DNA from: Alphaproteobacteria bacterium
GTDB lineage: Bacteria > Pseudomonadota > Alphaproteobacteria > Bin95
Length of the DNA: 64,000 bases
Direction of reading: 5' to 3'
Assembly (NCBI GenBank): GCA_964291285.2
Contig: OZ219787.1
Coordinates: 1,184,001-1,248,000, forward strand
In this document: piece after piece, positions 19,626 through 29,408 of the stretch
How the letters are laid out: each line of letters begins with the position of its first letter
Position numbering within the stretch: the first letter of the stretch is position 1
Program-made: the position numbers and the translations under genes
Notes under the pieces: model-generated
The model's input: the letters and a program-made list of their open reading frames with translations, nothing else
What the model was told of the DNA's origin: nothing
Database searches by the model: none

Positions 19626-21164
19626 ATGAACGGCGCGGAAAGCCTTGTCACGACGCTTGTGGGCGGCGGGGTCGATGTCTGCTTCACCAATCCCGGCACC
19701 TCGGAGATGCATTTCGTGGCGGCGCTCGACCGCGTGGACGGTATGCGCTCGGTGCTCTGCCTATTCGAGGGCGTGGTGTCGGGCGCGGCGGACGGCTACT
19801 GGCGCATGGCGCGGCGGCCGGCGGCCACCCTGCTGCATCTGGGGCCGGGGCTCGGCAATGCGGTCGCCAACCTGCACAACGCGAAGAAGGCGCATTCCGG
19901 CATCGTCAACATTGTCGGCGAGCACGCCACCTTCCACATCGAGCACGACGCGCCGTTGACGGCCGATATCGAGGGCATCGCCCGGCCCGTCTCGCACTGG
20001 GTCCGCACCTCCCGCGACTCGACTTCTGTCGCCGAGGACGGAGCGCAGGCCATCGCGGAGGCCATGGCGGCGCCGGGGCGGATCGCCACCCTGATCCTGC
20101 CGGGCGACACGGCCTGGAACGCGGCGAACGGCGTGGCCGCCGTGCCCGAGGTCGCGCCGCCCGCGAAGGTGGACGAAGCAGCCGTCGCGGCGGCGGCGGA
20201 AGCCGCGGGCGAGGGCTGCATGCTGCTGCTGAGCGGCGATGCGCTGACGGAACGCGGGCTCGTGCTCGCCGGTGCGATTGCGGCGAAGACCGGCGCGGCC
20301 CTGCTGGCCCAGACCTCCAATGCCGTGCTCCAGCGCGGGGCGGGGCGTGTGCCGGTCGGCCGGGTGCCCTTCCCGGTGCTGCAGGCGGTCGAGCAGTTGA
20401 AGGACGTGCACACGGTCCTGCTGGTGGGGGCAAAGGCGCCGGTGGCGTTCTTCGGCTATCCCGACCGCCCGAGCGTCGTGACCTCGGACGGTTGCAAAAT
20501 CCGCTGCCTCGCCGCCATCGAGGAGGACCAGCTGGACGCGCTGGAGCGGCTCGCCGAGCGCGTGTGCGCACGGGCCGAGGACGCGCCGGTGCAGCAGCCC
20601 TTCAGGCCGGACCTGCCGACGGGCGCCTTCGACCTCGACAAGCTGGCGGCCATTCTCGGCAACACCATCCCGGAGAACGCCATCTGCGTGGACGAGTCCG
20701 TGACCACCGGGCGCGGCTTCTACCCGCTGACCGCCGGCGCCCCGCCGCATGACTGGCTGCAGAACATGGGCGGCTCCATCGGCTATGGCGGCCCCTGCGC
20801 CGTGGGCGCGGCCATCGCCTGCCCGGACCGCAAGGTGCTGGCGATGATCGGCGACGGCAGCGCGATGTACACGATCCAGGCGCTCTGGACGATGGCCCGC
20901 GAGAACCTCGACATCACCGTGGTGATCTGGGCGAACCGCAGCTACCGGATACTCGTGGGCGAACTCGCCAATGTCGGCGCCGGCAATCCGGGCCGCAAGG
21001 CGCTGGACATGCTCGATATCGGCCGGCCCGACATGAACTTCGTCGACATGGCCCGCGGCATGGGCGTGGAGGGCGAGCGCGCAGAGGACTGCGAGGGCCT
21101 GATCCGGGCGCTCGGCCGCGCCAACTCCGGGCGCGGCCCGTACCTGATCGAGGCGGTTCTCTGA
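19626..21164 (+). CDS. Thiamine-PP-dependent enzyme, acetolactate synthase large-subunit-like
   Basis: MNGAESLV, CFTNPGTSEMHFV, TPP motif GDGSAMY...N. Confidence 0.9.
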   Translation: MNGAESLVTTLVGGGVDVCFTNPGTSEMHFVAALDRVDGMRSVLCLFEGVVSGAADGYWRMARRPAATLLHLGPGLGNAVANLHNAKKAHSGIVNIVGEHATFHIEHDAPLTADIEGIARPVSHWVRTSRDSTSVAEDGAQAIAEAMAAPGRIATLILPGDTAWNAANGVAAVPEVAPPAKVDEAAVAAAAEAAGEGCMLLLSGDALTERGLVLAGAIAAKTGAALLAQTSNAVLQRGAGRVPVGRVPFPVLQAVEQLKDVHTVLLVGAKAPVAFFGYPDRPSVVTSDGCKIRCLAAIEEDQLDALERLAERVCARAEDAPVQQPFRPDLPTGAFDLDKLAAILGNTIPENAICVDESVTTGRGFYPLTAGAPPHDWLQNMGGSIGYGGPCAVGAAIACPDRKVLAMIGDGSAMYTIQALWTMARENLDITVVIWANRSYRILVGELANVGAGNPGRKALDMLDIGRPDMNFVDMARGMGVEGERAEDCEGLIRALGRANSGRGPYLIEAVL

Positions 21165-21212
21165 CCAAACCGTAACTGGACCGCCTCGGGGCCGGGACGC
21201 ATAATCGCCGTT

Positions 21213-23030
21213 ATGCGCACGTTTTTCCTGCTTATGCTCTGCGCGGTTCTCGTCCCGGCGGGCGGCCGCGCGGAGACGGGCCACCGCACCCACGCCATCG
21301 CCATGCACGGCGAGCCGAAATACAAGGCCGGTTTCCCCCATTTCGACTATGTGAACCCGGAGGCGCCCAAGGGCGGTGCAATCCGGTTCGGCGTGCAGGG
21401 CAGCTTCGACAGCTTCAACCCCTATAACGGCAAGGGCAACGCCGCCGGCATGGCCAATCCGGTCGAGACGCTGCTGACGGGCAGCGCCGACGAGCCGTTC
21501 ACCGAATACGGCTTGATCGCCGAGAGCATGGAATGGCCGGAGGACCGGTCCTGGGTCGTCTTCCACCTGCGCGAGGAGGCGCGCTGGCACGATGGCAGGC
21601 CGATCACGGTCGAGGACGTGATCTTTTCGCTGGAACTGCTGAAGACCCAGGGCGAGCCGTTCTACCGCCACTATTACCGCGATGTCGGGAAGGGCGAGAA
21701 AGTGGGGCCGCGGAGCGTCCGGTTCCGGTTCTCGGGCGGCTCGAACCGCGAATTGCCGCTGATCGTCGGCCAGATACCCATTCTGCCGAAGCATTACTGG
21801 GAAGGCCGCGACTTCCAGGCCACGACGCTCGACCCGCCGCTCGGCAGCGGCCCCTACCGCGTCGCGGCCTTCGAGACCGGGCGCTACCTGGAGCTGGAGC
21901 GGGTCGAAGACTATTGGGGCCGCAACCTGCCGGTGCGGCGCGGCACGGGCAATTTCGACCGCATCCGCTACGAGTATTACCGCGACCCGACGGCCATCCG
22001 CGAAGCGCTCAAGGCGGGCGACATCGACTACCGGCAGGAGAACATCTCCAAGTCGTGGGCCACGGAATACGACATCGAGCCGGTGCGGAAGGGATGGCTG
22101 AAGAAGGAGAGCATCGGGCACGGGCGCGTCGCCGGGATGCAGGCCTTCGTCTTCAACGCCCGGCGCGACATCTTCAAGGACCGGCGGGTGCGGCGCGCGC
22201 TCGGCTACGCCTTCGATTTCGAATGGTCGAACCGGACGCTCTTCTACGGCATCTACAAGCGCACGGACAGCTATTTCGACAACTCCGAACTCGCCTCGTC
22301 GGGTGTGCCCCGGGGTCGAGAGCTGGAGCTTCTGGAACCTTACCGTGCGAGCCTTCCGCCGGAGGTGTTCGCCGAGCCGTTCGAGCTGCCGAAGACCGAC
22401 GGGCAGGGCTGGCCGCGCGGGAACTACCGCACCGCGCTGCGCCTGCTGAAGGCGGCCGGGTGGGAACTCAGGGATCTGCAATTGGTCCATGGGGAAACCG
22501 GGAAGCCGATGGCGTTCGAGATATTGCTGCGCAACCCGGCCTTCGAGCGCGTGTTCCTGCCCTTTGCGCGCAACCTGAAACGGCTCGGCGTCGAGGCCCG
22601 CATCCGCCTGGTGGACCCCTCGCAATATTCGCAGCGTGTGCGCGGGCGCGATTTCGACATGATCGTCGGCGGCTGGGGCCAGAGCCATTCGCCGGGCAAC
22701 GAGCAGCGGGACTATTGGGGCTCCGCCGCCGCCGACCAGTTCGCCAGCCGCAATCCCGCCGGCATCGCCGACCCGGTGGTGGACGCGCTGGTGGAGAGCC
22801 TGATCGCCGCTCCCGACCGGGAGGAGCTGGTCTACCGCACGAGGGCGCTCGACCGGGTCCTGCTGCACGGCTACTGGATCGTCCCCAACTGGCACACCTC
22901 CGCCGACCGCGTGCTCTACTGGGACAAATTCGGGCGGCCGCCGACCGTGCCGATGGACGGCGTGAACACGAACCGCTGGTGGTTCAACCCCGCGAAGGCC
23001 GCCGCTCTCGAGGCGGCGCGCGGCGGCTGA
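21213..23030 (+). CDS. yejA: YejA-like ABC transporter substrate-binding protein (family 5)
   Basis: Signal peptide, HAIAMHGEPKY, FDYVNPEAPKGG, FDFEWSN, QSHSPGNEQRDYWGS. Confidence 0.9.
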   Translation: MRTFFLLMLCAVLVPAGGRAETGHRTHAIAMHGEPKYKAGFPHFDYVNPEAPKGGAIRFGVQGSFDSFNPYNGKGNAAGMANPVETLLTGSADEPFTEYGLIAESMEWPEDRSWVVFHLREEARWHDGRPITVEDVIFSLELLKTQGEPFYRHYYRDVGKGEKVGPRSVRFRFSGGSNRELPLIVGQIPILPKHYWEGRDFQATTLDPPLGSGPYRVAAFETGRYLELERVEDYWGRNLPVRRGTGNFDRIRYEYYRDPTAIREALKAGDIDYRQENISKSWATEYDIEPVRKGWLKKESIGHGRVAGMQAFVFNARRDIFKDRRVRRALGYAFDFEWSNRTLFYGIYKRTDSYFDNSELASSGVPRGRELELLEPYRASLPPEVFAEPFELPKTDGQGWPRGNYRTALRLLKAAGWELRDLQLVHGETGKPMAFEILLRNPAFERVFLPFARNLKRLGVEARIRLVDPSQYSQRVRGRDFDMIVGGWGQSHSPGNEQRDYWGSAAADQFASRNPAGIADPVVDALVESLIAAPDREELVYRTRALDRVLLHGYWIVPNWHTSADRVLYWDKFGRPPTVPMDGVNTNRWWFNPAKAAALEAARGG

Positions 23031-23040
23031 CCGCCGGCCG

Positions 23041-23870
23041 ATGGCAGCATACATCCTGCGCCGCCTGGCGCTGATGGCGCCGACCTTCCTCGGCATCATC
23101 CTCATCAATTTCGTCGTCATCCAGTTCGCCCCCGGCGGACCGGTGGACCAGGCGATCGCGCAGCTGGAGGGTTATGGCGACGCGGCGATCGAGCGCGTGA
23201 CGCGCGGCGGGGCAGAGATCGTGCGCAGCGCGGAGAGCTCCGACAGCCGCTACCGGGGCGCGCAGGGCCTCGACCCGGCCTACATCGCCGAACTGGAGAA
23301 GCGTTTCGGCTTCGACAGGCCGGTGTATGAGCGCTTCTTCAAGATGGTCGGCGACTATCTAAGCTTCGACTTCGGCGAGAGCTATTTCCGCGACGAGCGC
23401 GTGGTGGACCTCGTGCTGGAGAAGATGCCGGTCTCGATCTCGCTCGGCCTCTGGACGACGCTGCTGGTCTATCTCATCTCGATCCCGCTCGGCGTCGCCA
23501 AGGCGGTGCGCGACGGCTCGCGCTTCGACGTCTGGACGAGCGCGGTGGTCGTGTTCGGCAACGCCATCCCGTCATTCATCTTCGCGGTCATGCTGCTGGT
23601 GCTGTTCGCCGGCGGCAGCTATCTCGACTGGTTCCCGCTGAAGGGCCTGACCTCCGAGGGGGCCGAAAACTGGCCCTGGTATGCGCAGGTCGCCGACTAT
23701 TTCTGGCACCTGGCCCTGCCCGTTACGGCGATGGTCGTGGGTGGCTTCGCGACGCTCACCCTGCTCACCAAGAACTCCTTCCTCGACCAGATCGGCCAGC
23801 AATATGTGCTGACCGCGCGGGCCAAGGGCCTGACCGCGCGCCGGGTGCTCTACGGCCACGTCTTCCGCAA
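23041..23870 (+). pseudogene. yejB: yejB permease, 5' part (interrupted by the IS1595 element)
   Basis: MAAYILRRL...QFAPGGPV...YRGAQGLD...TARAKGL...YGHVFR, then reads into the left IR and stops at 23904. Confidence 0.92.
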
Positions 23871-23900
23871 GGGGATTATAGGGCTAGCTAGCCAAAAGTG

Positions 23901-23929
23901 TTGACATTCGCCGGACCTTCTGTCAGATT
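23901..23929 (+). promoter_or_regulatory. Candidate sigma70 promoter of the IS1595 operon
   Basis: TTGACA (23901-23906), 17-nt spacer, CAGATT (23924-23929); GGAGG RBS before ATG 23952. Confidence 0.5.
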
Positions 23930-23951
23930 GGCAGCGTCGATGGAGGCAGAC

Positions 23952-24902
23952 ATGGCAAACTCTCCCGGAAAGTCATACCGCAAGGGCATCAGCCTGATTG
24001 AACTGGCCGAGATGTTCCCGGATGAGGACGCGGCCAAGCGGTGGTTCGAGGAACAGCGCTGGCCGGATGGAGTGCGGTGCGCGCACTGCCAGTCCGACCG
24101 GGTTTCGGCCTGCAAGGACGCGAAGCCCATGCCCTACCGCTGCAAGGACTGCCGGAAGCATTTCAGCGTCCGCACCAAGTCGGTCATGGCCGAGTCGCCC
24201 TTGCCGCTCCGCAAGTGGGCGTTCGCCATCTACCTTTGCGCCACGAACCTCAAGGGCGTGTCGAGCATGAAGCTCCACCGCGACCTGAAAATCGCGCAAT
24301 CGTCGGCATGGTTCGTCGCGCATCGCATCCGCGAAGCACTGGACGGCGATTACGGCCTGCTTGCCGGGCCGGTGGAGGTCGATGAGACCTACATGGGCGG
24401 CAAGCGCAAGAACATGCCGGCGCGCAAGCGCAAGGCGCTGCAAGAGGCCGGAGCGGGCCGGGGAACGGTCGGCAAGGCCATCGTCGCCGGGGCGAAGGAT
24501 CGGGAGACGGGCAAGGTATCGGCCCGCGTCATTGAGGATACGACCAAGCCGACGCTGCAAGGCTTCGTCCGCGACACCGCCGCGCCGGGCGCAACGCTCT
24601 ACACGGATGAGCATGGCAGCTACACCGGAATGCCGGAATACGCGCATGAAGCGGTCAATCATGGCGTCGGCGAGTATGTCCGGGAGATGGCGCATGTGAA
24701 CGGCATGGAATCTTTCTGGAGCATGTTGAAGCGGGGCTATCAGGGAACCTTCCACCACTTCTCCGCGAAGCACCTGCAACGCTATGTCAACGAGTTTGCG
24801 ACCCGGCAGGGTCTCCGCCCGCACGACACGGAAGCGATGATGGGCGAGATTGCCGCCCGGATGATCGGCCGCCGCCTCACCTATGCGCGGTTGACCTCGT
24901 GA
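23952..24902 (+). CDS. IS1595-family (ISXO2-like) DDE transposase
   Basis: Zn ribbon CAHC...CKDC, HTH (KGVSSMKLHRDL), VEVDETYMGG, LYTDE, HVNGMESFWSMLKR, YVNEF. Confidence 0.95.
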   Translation: MANSPGKSYRKGISLIELAEMFPDEDAAKRWFEEQRWPDGVRCAHCQSDRVSACKDAKPMPYRCKDCRKHFSVRTKSVMAESPLPLRKWAFAIYLCATNLKGVSSMKLHRDLKIAQSSAWFVAHRIREALDGDYGLLAGPVEVDETYMGGKRKNMPARKRKALQEAGAGRGTVGKAIVAGAKDRETGKVSARVIEDTTKPTLQGFVRDTAAPGATLYTDEHGSYTGMPEYAHEAVNHGVGEYVREMAHVNGMESFWSMLKRGYQGTFHHFSAKHLQRYVNEFATRQGLRPHDTEAMMGEIAARMIGRRLTYARLTS

Positions 24903-25843
24903 GCGCCGTTGTCACGGTCCCTCCGACCGACAAGACACCGGAGGAAATCGCTCAAACGCTCTTCCACGGGCAGAACCGCGCCCGGACGACCTTGTATCCC
25001 GGCGACTGCCGTGAAGTGCTGGCGGACATGGCGGATGAGAGCGTTCACCTTGTCCTCACGGACCCGCCCTATTTTCTCGACCGGCTGGATGACGGCTGGT
25101 GCCCGGATGACATCGAGCGGTCCAAGCGGAACGCCGACGTCGTGGGTGGCCTGCCTATCGGTATGCGCTTCGACCGGGAGCAAGCGAAGAACCTGCAAGC
25201 GTTTCTGGAGCCCGTCGCGGTCGAGCTTCTGCGCGTCCTGAAACCGGGCGGGTTCCTTCTGCTGTTCGCCGCGCCACGCCTCTACCACCGCGCCGCCGTT
25301 GCAATAGAGGACGCGGGCTTTGAGGTCCGGGACGCCTTCGCATGGCACTTCACGAAAAAGGCGCAGTTCAAGGCGTTCACGATGGACCATTTCGTCAAGC
25401 GTCGGGCCGACATGACGGCGGCACAGAAAGCCGACGCGCTTAAGTCGCTGGACGGGCGCCGGACCCCGCAGCTCCGCCCGCAGTTCGAGGCGATCCTATT
25501 CGCACAGAAGCCCCGAGAAGGGACTTTCGTCGATAACTGGCTGGCGCACGAGACCGGCCTTATCGACCCGCGCCACAGCCTGACGGCGCGCGTTCCTGAA
25601 ACCGTCATGACGGTCGAGAAGGAAGCGAAGGGACGCTTCAACGGGCATCTGACGCCGAAGCCGGTCAAGCTCTGCGAGCATCTCATCCGGCTGTTCTCTG
25701 CCGAGGGCCAGACCGTGCTTGACCCGTTTGTTGGCTCTGGCACGACATGCCTTGCCGCGCGTCGGACCAAGCGCCGAAGCATCGGCATCGACATCAACCC
25801 CGCCTACATCGACATCGCCCGCAAGCGGCTGGAGTCGCGGTGA
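24899..25843 (+). CDS. Beta-class amino (N6A/N4C) DNA methyltransferase
   Basis: GDCREVL, motif IV TDPPY before motif I VLDPFVGSGTT, HLTPKP; GTGA overlap with the transposase stop. Confidence 0.93.
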   Translation: MSAVVTVPPTDKTPEEIAQTLFHGQNRARTTLYPGDCREVLADMADESVHLVLTDPPYFLDRLDDGWCPDDIERSKRNADVVGGLPIGMRFDREQAKNLQAFLEPVAVELLRVLKPGGFLLLFAAPRLYHRAAVAIEDAGFEVRDAFAWHFTKKAQFKAFTMDHFVKRRADMTAAQKADALKSLDGRRTPQLRPQFEAILFAQKPREGTFVDNWLAHETGLIDPRHSLTARVPETVMTVEKEAKGRFNGHLTPKPVKLCEHLIRLFSAEGQTVLDPFVGSGTTCLAARRTKRRSIGIDINPAYIDIARKRLESR

Positions 25844-26427
25844 TGGCCGTCCCTCCGCTGGAGAAGCGCCACGGGCACCGGGGCGTTGCTCATCTGCGCG
25901 TCGCGGTCATGGAGGTCCTGTATGCCGCGAAGAAGGCCGGAGAGTGCCTTGGAGCGGCTGGCATAGGCCGTCGAGCGGGCATCTTCCGTGAACCCGGCTA
26001 TGCGGTGAAGCAGGGCAACGACTACATCGTGACGGGCGTCCTCAACTCCCTGGTCAAGGACCGGCTGCTGACGAAATGCACCCAGGCCAACAGGCGGCCG
26101 GGTTGGGAGCTTACCGACGCAGCGTTTCAGCGTCGGGATCAGGAAGTCACGGAAATGCCGGATTGGGGCGGCGACAAGCGCATCATCGACGCCTACCGGC
26201 TGAAGCAATGGGGATTCTGCCCCGGCTGCCTTGCGGTGTTGCCGGAGCGCCCCGACGTCGACCATATCCGGGCGAAGGCGCGAGGCGGTTCAGACGAGGC
26301 GGAGAACAAGCAATTGCTCTGCCCGAACTGCAACCGCCGGCGCGGTGCTAAGCCGTTCGCGCAATTCCTCGCCGAGCGGCTGGAGGACGGAAACGAGTGG
26401 ACCGATTACGAGCCAGAGGATGGCTAG
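25843..26427 (+). CDS. HNH endonuclease with a putative N-terminal winged-helix domain
   Basis: CPGC...DVDHI..KARGGSD...[10 protein letters not shown]; TGATG coupling to the MTase; its stop codon lies inside the right IR. Confidence 0.85.
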   Translation: MAVPPLEKRHGHRGVAHLRVAVMEVLYAAKKAGECLGAAGIGRRAGIFREPGYAVKQGNDYIVTGVLNSLVKDRLLTKCTQANRRPGWELTDAAFQRRDQEVTEMPDWGGDKRIIDAYRLKQWGFCPGCLAVLPERPDVDHIRAKARGGSDEAENKQLLCPNCNRRRGAKPFAQFLAERLEDGNEWTDYEPEDG

Positions 26428-26444
26428 CCAACCCTATAATCCCC

Positions 26445-26711
26445 TTCCGCAACGCCATGCTGATCGTCATCGCCGGCTTTCCGGCGGCGTTCGTGGGCGT
26501 GCTGTTCACCGGCGCGGTGCTGATCGAGACGATCTTCTCGCTGGACGGGCTCGGCCTGCTCGGCTTCGAGGCGGCGCTCAACCGCGACTACCCCATCATG
26601 TTCGCCTCGCTCTGGTTCTTCACCCTCCTCGGCCTCGTCATGCAGCTCATCGGCGACCTCACCTACATGCTGGTGGACCCGCGCATCGACTTCGAGACGC
26701 GGCAGGTCTGA
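26445..26711 (+). pseudogene. yejB: yejB permease, 3' part
   Basis: [13 protein letters not shown]...[11 protein letters not shown]...RDYP...DPRIDF resumes exactly at the TSD. Confidence 0.92.
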
Positions 26712-26720
26712 GCGGTGCCC

Positions 26721-27743
26721 ATGAGTCCGCTCGCGCGCCGGCGCCTTGCCAATTTCCGGGCCAACCGGCGGGGCTGGTGGTCGCTGTGGATTTTCCTGGT
26801 CCTGTTCGTCCTCTCGCTCGGCGCCGAGTTCATCGCCAACGACAAGCCCTTCATCGTCTTCTATGACGGCGGGCTCTACATGCCGGTGTTCGAGCGCTAT
26901 CCGGAGACCGTCTTCGGCGGCGAGTTCGGGACCGAGGCCGACTACCGCGACCCCTATGTCCGCGAGCTGATCGCGGAGAAGGGCTGGATGCTGGACCCGC
27001 TCATCCCCTACGATTACCGCACCGTCGCCTGGGATCTGGCCACGCCCGCGCCGTCTGCGCCCGATGCGGAGCACTGGCTCGGCACCGACGACCAGGCCCG
27101 CGATGTCGTGGCCCGCCTGATATACGGGTTCCGCATCTCGGTGCTGTTCGGGCTCACGCTCACGCTCTTCAGCAGCGTCGTCGGCGTGGCGGCCGGGGCC
27201 GTGCAGGGCTATTTCGGCGGCTGGACCGACCTGATCGGCCAGCGCATGATCGAAATCTGGGGCAGCATGCCGACGCTCTACCTGCTCATCATCCTCGCCA
27301 GCACGATCACGCCGACCTTCTGGTGGCTGCTCGGGCTGCTGCTGCTCTTCTCCTGGATCGCGCTCGTCGGGCTGGTGCGCGCCGAGTTCCTGCGCGCGCG
27401 CAATTTCGACTATGTGCGCGCCGCCCGCGCGCTCGGCGTCTCCAATGCCGTGGTCATCTTCCGTCATGTGCTGCCGAACGCCATGGTGGCCACGATCACC
27501 TTCCTGCCCTTCGTGCTGATCGGCGCCATCACCTCGCTGACAGGGCTCGACTTCCTGGGCTTCGGCCTGCCGGTCGGCTCCGCCTCACTCGGCGAGCTGC
27601 TGGCGCAGGGCAAGGCCAATCTCCAGGCGCCCTGGCTCGGCCTCACGGCCTTCTTCTCGCTCGCCGTGTTGCTCTCGCTGCTGGTGTTCATCGGCGAGGC
27701 GGTGCGCGACGCCTTCGACCCGCGCAAGGGACTCATGGGATGA
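26721..27743 (+). CDS. yejE: YejE ABC permease
   Basis: FRANRRGWWSL, AEFIANDKP, LGTDDQARD, VRAEFLRARNFDYV. Alternative start 26715. Confidence 0.92.
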   Translation: MSPLARRRLANFRANRRGWWSLWIFLVLFVLSLGAEFIANDKPFIVFYDGGLYMPVFERYPETVFGGEFGTEADYRDPYVRELIAEKGWMLDPLIPYDYRTVAWDLATPAPSAPDAEHWLGTDDQARDVVARLIYGFRISVLFGLTLTLFSSVVGVAAGAVQGYFGGWTDLIGQRMIEIWGSMPTLYLLIILASTITPTFWWLLGLLLLFSWIALVGLVRAEFLRARNFDYVRAARALGVSNAVVIFRHVLPNAMVATITFLPFVLIGAITSLTGLDFLGFGLPVGSASLGELLAQGKANLQAPWLGLTAFFSLAVLLSLLVFIGEAVRDAFDPRKGLMG

Positions 27744-29353
27744 CCGCGCTGCTTGCAGTCGAAGACCTCCGGGTCGATTTCCAGAGCCATGAGACGGAAG
27801 TCCACGCCGTGCGCGGCCTCTCCTTCGACATCGGGCGCGGCGAGACCCTGGCGCTGGTCGGCGAAAGCGGCTCCGGCAAGTCGGTGACGGCGCTCTCCCT
27901 GCTCCAGCTTTTGCCCTATCCCGCGGCGTCGCACCCCTCGGGGCGCATCCGCTTCGACGGCGAGGAGCTCATGGGCGCGGGCGAGGACGTCATGCGCCGG
28001 GTGCGCGGCAACCGCATCGCCATGATCTTCCAGGAGCCGATGACCTCCCTCAACCCGCTGCACACGGTCTCCCGGCAGGTGAGCGAGACGCTGTTCCTGC
28101 ACAAGGGCCTCTCCCGCGAGCGGGCCAGGGCGGAGACGCTGAAGCTGCTGCGCGAGGTGGGCCTGCGCGACCCCGAGCAGCGGCTCGACAGCTATCCGCA
28201 CCAGCTTTCCGGCGGCCAGCGCCAGCGGGTGATGATCGCCATGGCGCTCGCCAACGAGCCGGACCTGCTGATCGCCGACGAGCCGACCACCGCGCTCGAT
28301 GTCACGATCCAGGCCCAGATCCTCGACCTGCTGAAACGCCTCCAGGCCGAGCGCGGCATGGCGCTGCTGCTCATCACCCACAATCTCGCCATCGTGCGCA
28401 AGATGGCCGACCGGGTCTGCGTGATGACGGAAGGCGAGATCGTCGAGCGCGGCACACGGGACGATATCTTCGAGCGCGCGCGCCATGCCTACACGCAGCG
28501 CCTGCTCGCCGCCGAGCCCAAGGGCGAGCCGCCGCCCGCCCCGGAAGGCGCGGAGGAAGTCATCCGGGGCGAAGACGTGCGGGTCTGGTTCCCCGTCAAG
28601 CGCGGCGCCCTCAGGCGCACGGTCGGCCATATCAAGGCGGTGGACGGCATATCCTGCACCATCCGCGAAGGCCGCACGGTCGGCGTGGTCGGCGAGAGCG
28701 GCTCCGGCAAGACGACGCTCGGGCTGGCGCTCTTGCGCCTCGAACGTTCGCGCGGCGCCATCGTCTTCGGCGGCAGGCCGATCCACGGCGAGGGCTGGAA
28801 GGCGCTCCGCCCGCTCCGGCGCGAAATGCAGATCGTCTTCCAGGACCCCTACGGCTCGCTCTCGCCCCGACTCACGGTCGGCCAGATCGTCGGCGAGGGG
28901 CTGGCCGTCCACGATATCGGCGGCGGCACGGCCGCGCGCAGGCAGGCCGTCGAGGAGGCGCTGGAGGAGGTGGGCCTCGAAGCCCGGATGGCGGACCGCT
29001 ACCCGCACGAGTTCTCCGGCGGCCAGCGCCAGCGCATCGCGATCGCGCGCGCCATGGTGCTGAAGCCGCGTTTCGTGGTGCTGGACGAGCCGACCTCGGC
29101 GCTCGACATGTCGGTGCAGGCGCAGATCGTGGACCTGCTGCGCGACCTCCAGGTCCGCCACGGCCTCGCCTACCTGTTCATCAGCCACGACCTCAAGGTC
29201 GTGCGCGCGCTGGCCGACGAACTGATCGTGATGCGCGAGGGCAGGGTGGTGGAGCAGGGCCCGGCCCGCACTGTCTTCGAATCCCCCCGCGACGACTACA
29301 CCAAAGCCCTCCTCGCCGCCGCCTTCGACCTGGAAGCGCGGGAGGCGGAGTAG
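27740..29353 (+). CDS. yejF: YejF double-ATPase ABC subunit
   Basis: Two Walker A motifs [29 protein letters not shown]. Confidence 0.93.
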   Translation: MTALLAVEDLRVDFQSHETEVHAVRGLSFDIGRGETLALVGESGSGKSVTALSLLQLLPYPAASHPSGRIRFDGEELMGAGEDVMRRVRGNRIAMIFQEPMTSLNPLHTVSRQVSETLFLHKGLSRERARAETLKLLREVGLRDPEQRLDSYPHQLSGGQRQRVMIAMALANEPDLLIADEPTTALDVTIQAQILDLLKRLQAERGMALLLITHNLAIVRKMADRVCVMTEGEIVERGTRDDIFERARHAYTQRLLAAEPKGEPPPAPEGAEEVIRGEDVRVWFPVKRGALRRTVGHIKAVDGISCTIREGRTVGVVGESGSGKTTLGLALLRLERSRGAIVFGGRPIHGEGWKALRPLRREMQIVFQDPYGSLSPRLTVGQIVGEGLAVHDIGGGTAARRQAVEEALEEVGLEARMADRYPHEFSGGQRQRIAIARAMVLKPRFVVLDEPTSALDMSVQAQIVDLLRDLQVRHGLAYLFISHDLKVVRALADELIVMREGRVVEQGPARTVFESPRDDYTKALLAAAFDLEAREAE

Positions 29354-29408
29354 GACGGCGCTCATGGCGGGGTTCCGACCGGGGCGGTGCAGCGCGGCTG
29401 CCGGGCCA

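Larger units (their letters stand above)
23871..26444 (+). mobile_element. IS1595-family element with passenger genes (2574 bp)
   Basis: 24-bp IRs GGGGATTATAGGGCTAGCTAGCCA (23871-23894) and 26421-26444 (22/24 identical); 8-bp TSD TTCCGCAA at 23863-23870 and 26445-26452. Confidence 0.96.

Noticed and set aside
23898-26427. RNA-guided (IscB/TnpB-like) nuclease system in the IS1595 element
   Set aside because: The HNH protein is small with no RuvC motifs, and the element has no non-coding space for a guide RNA.
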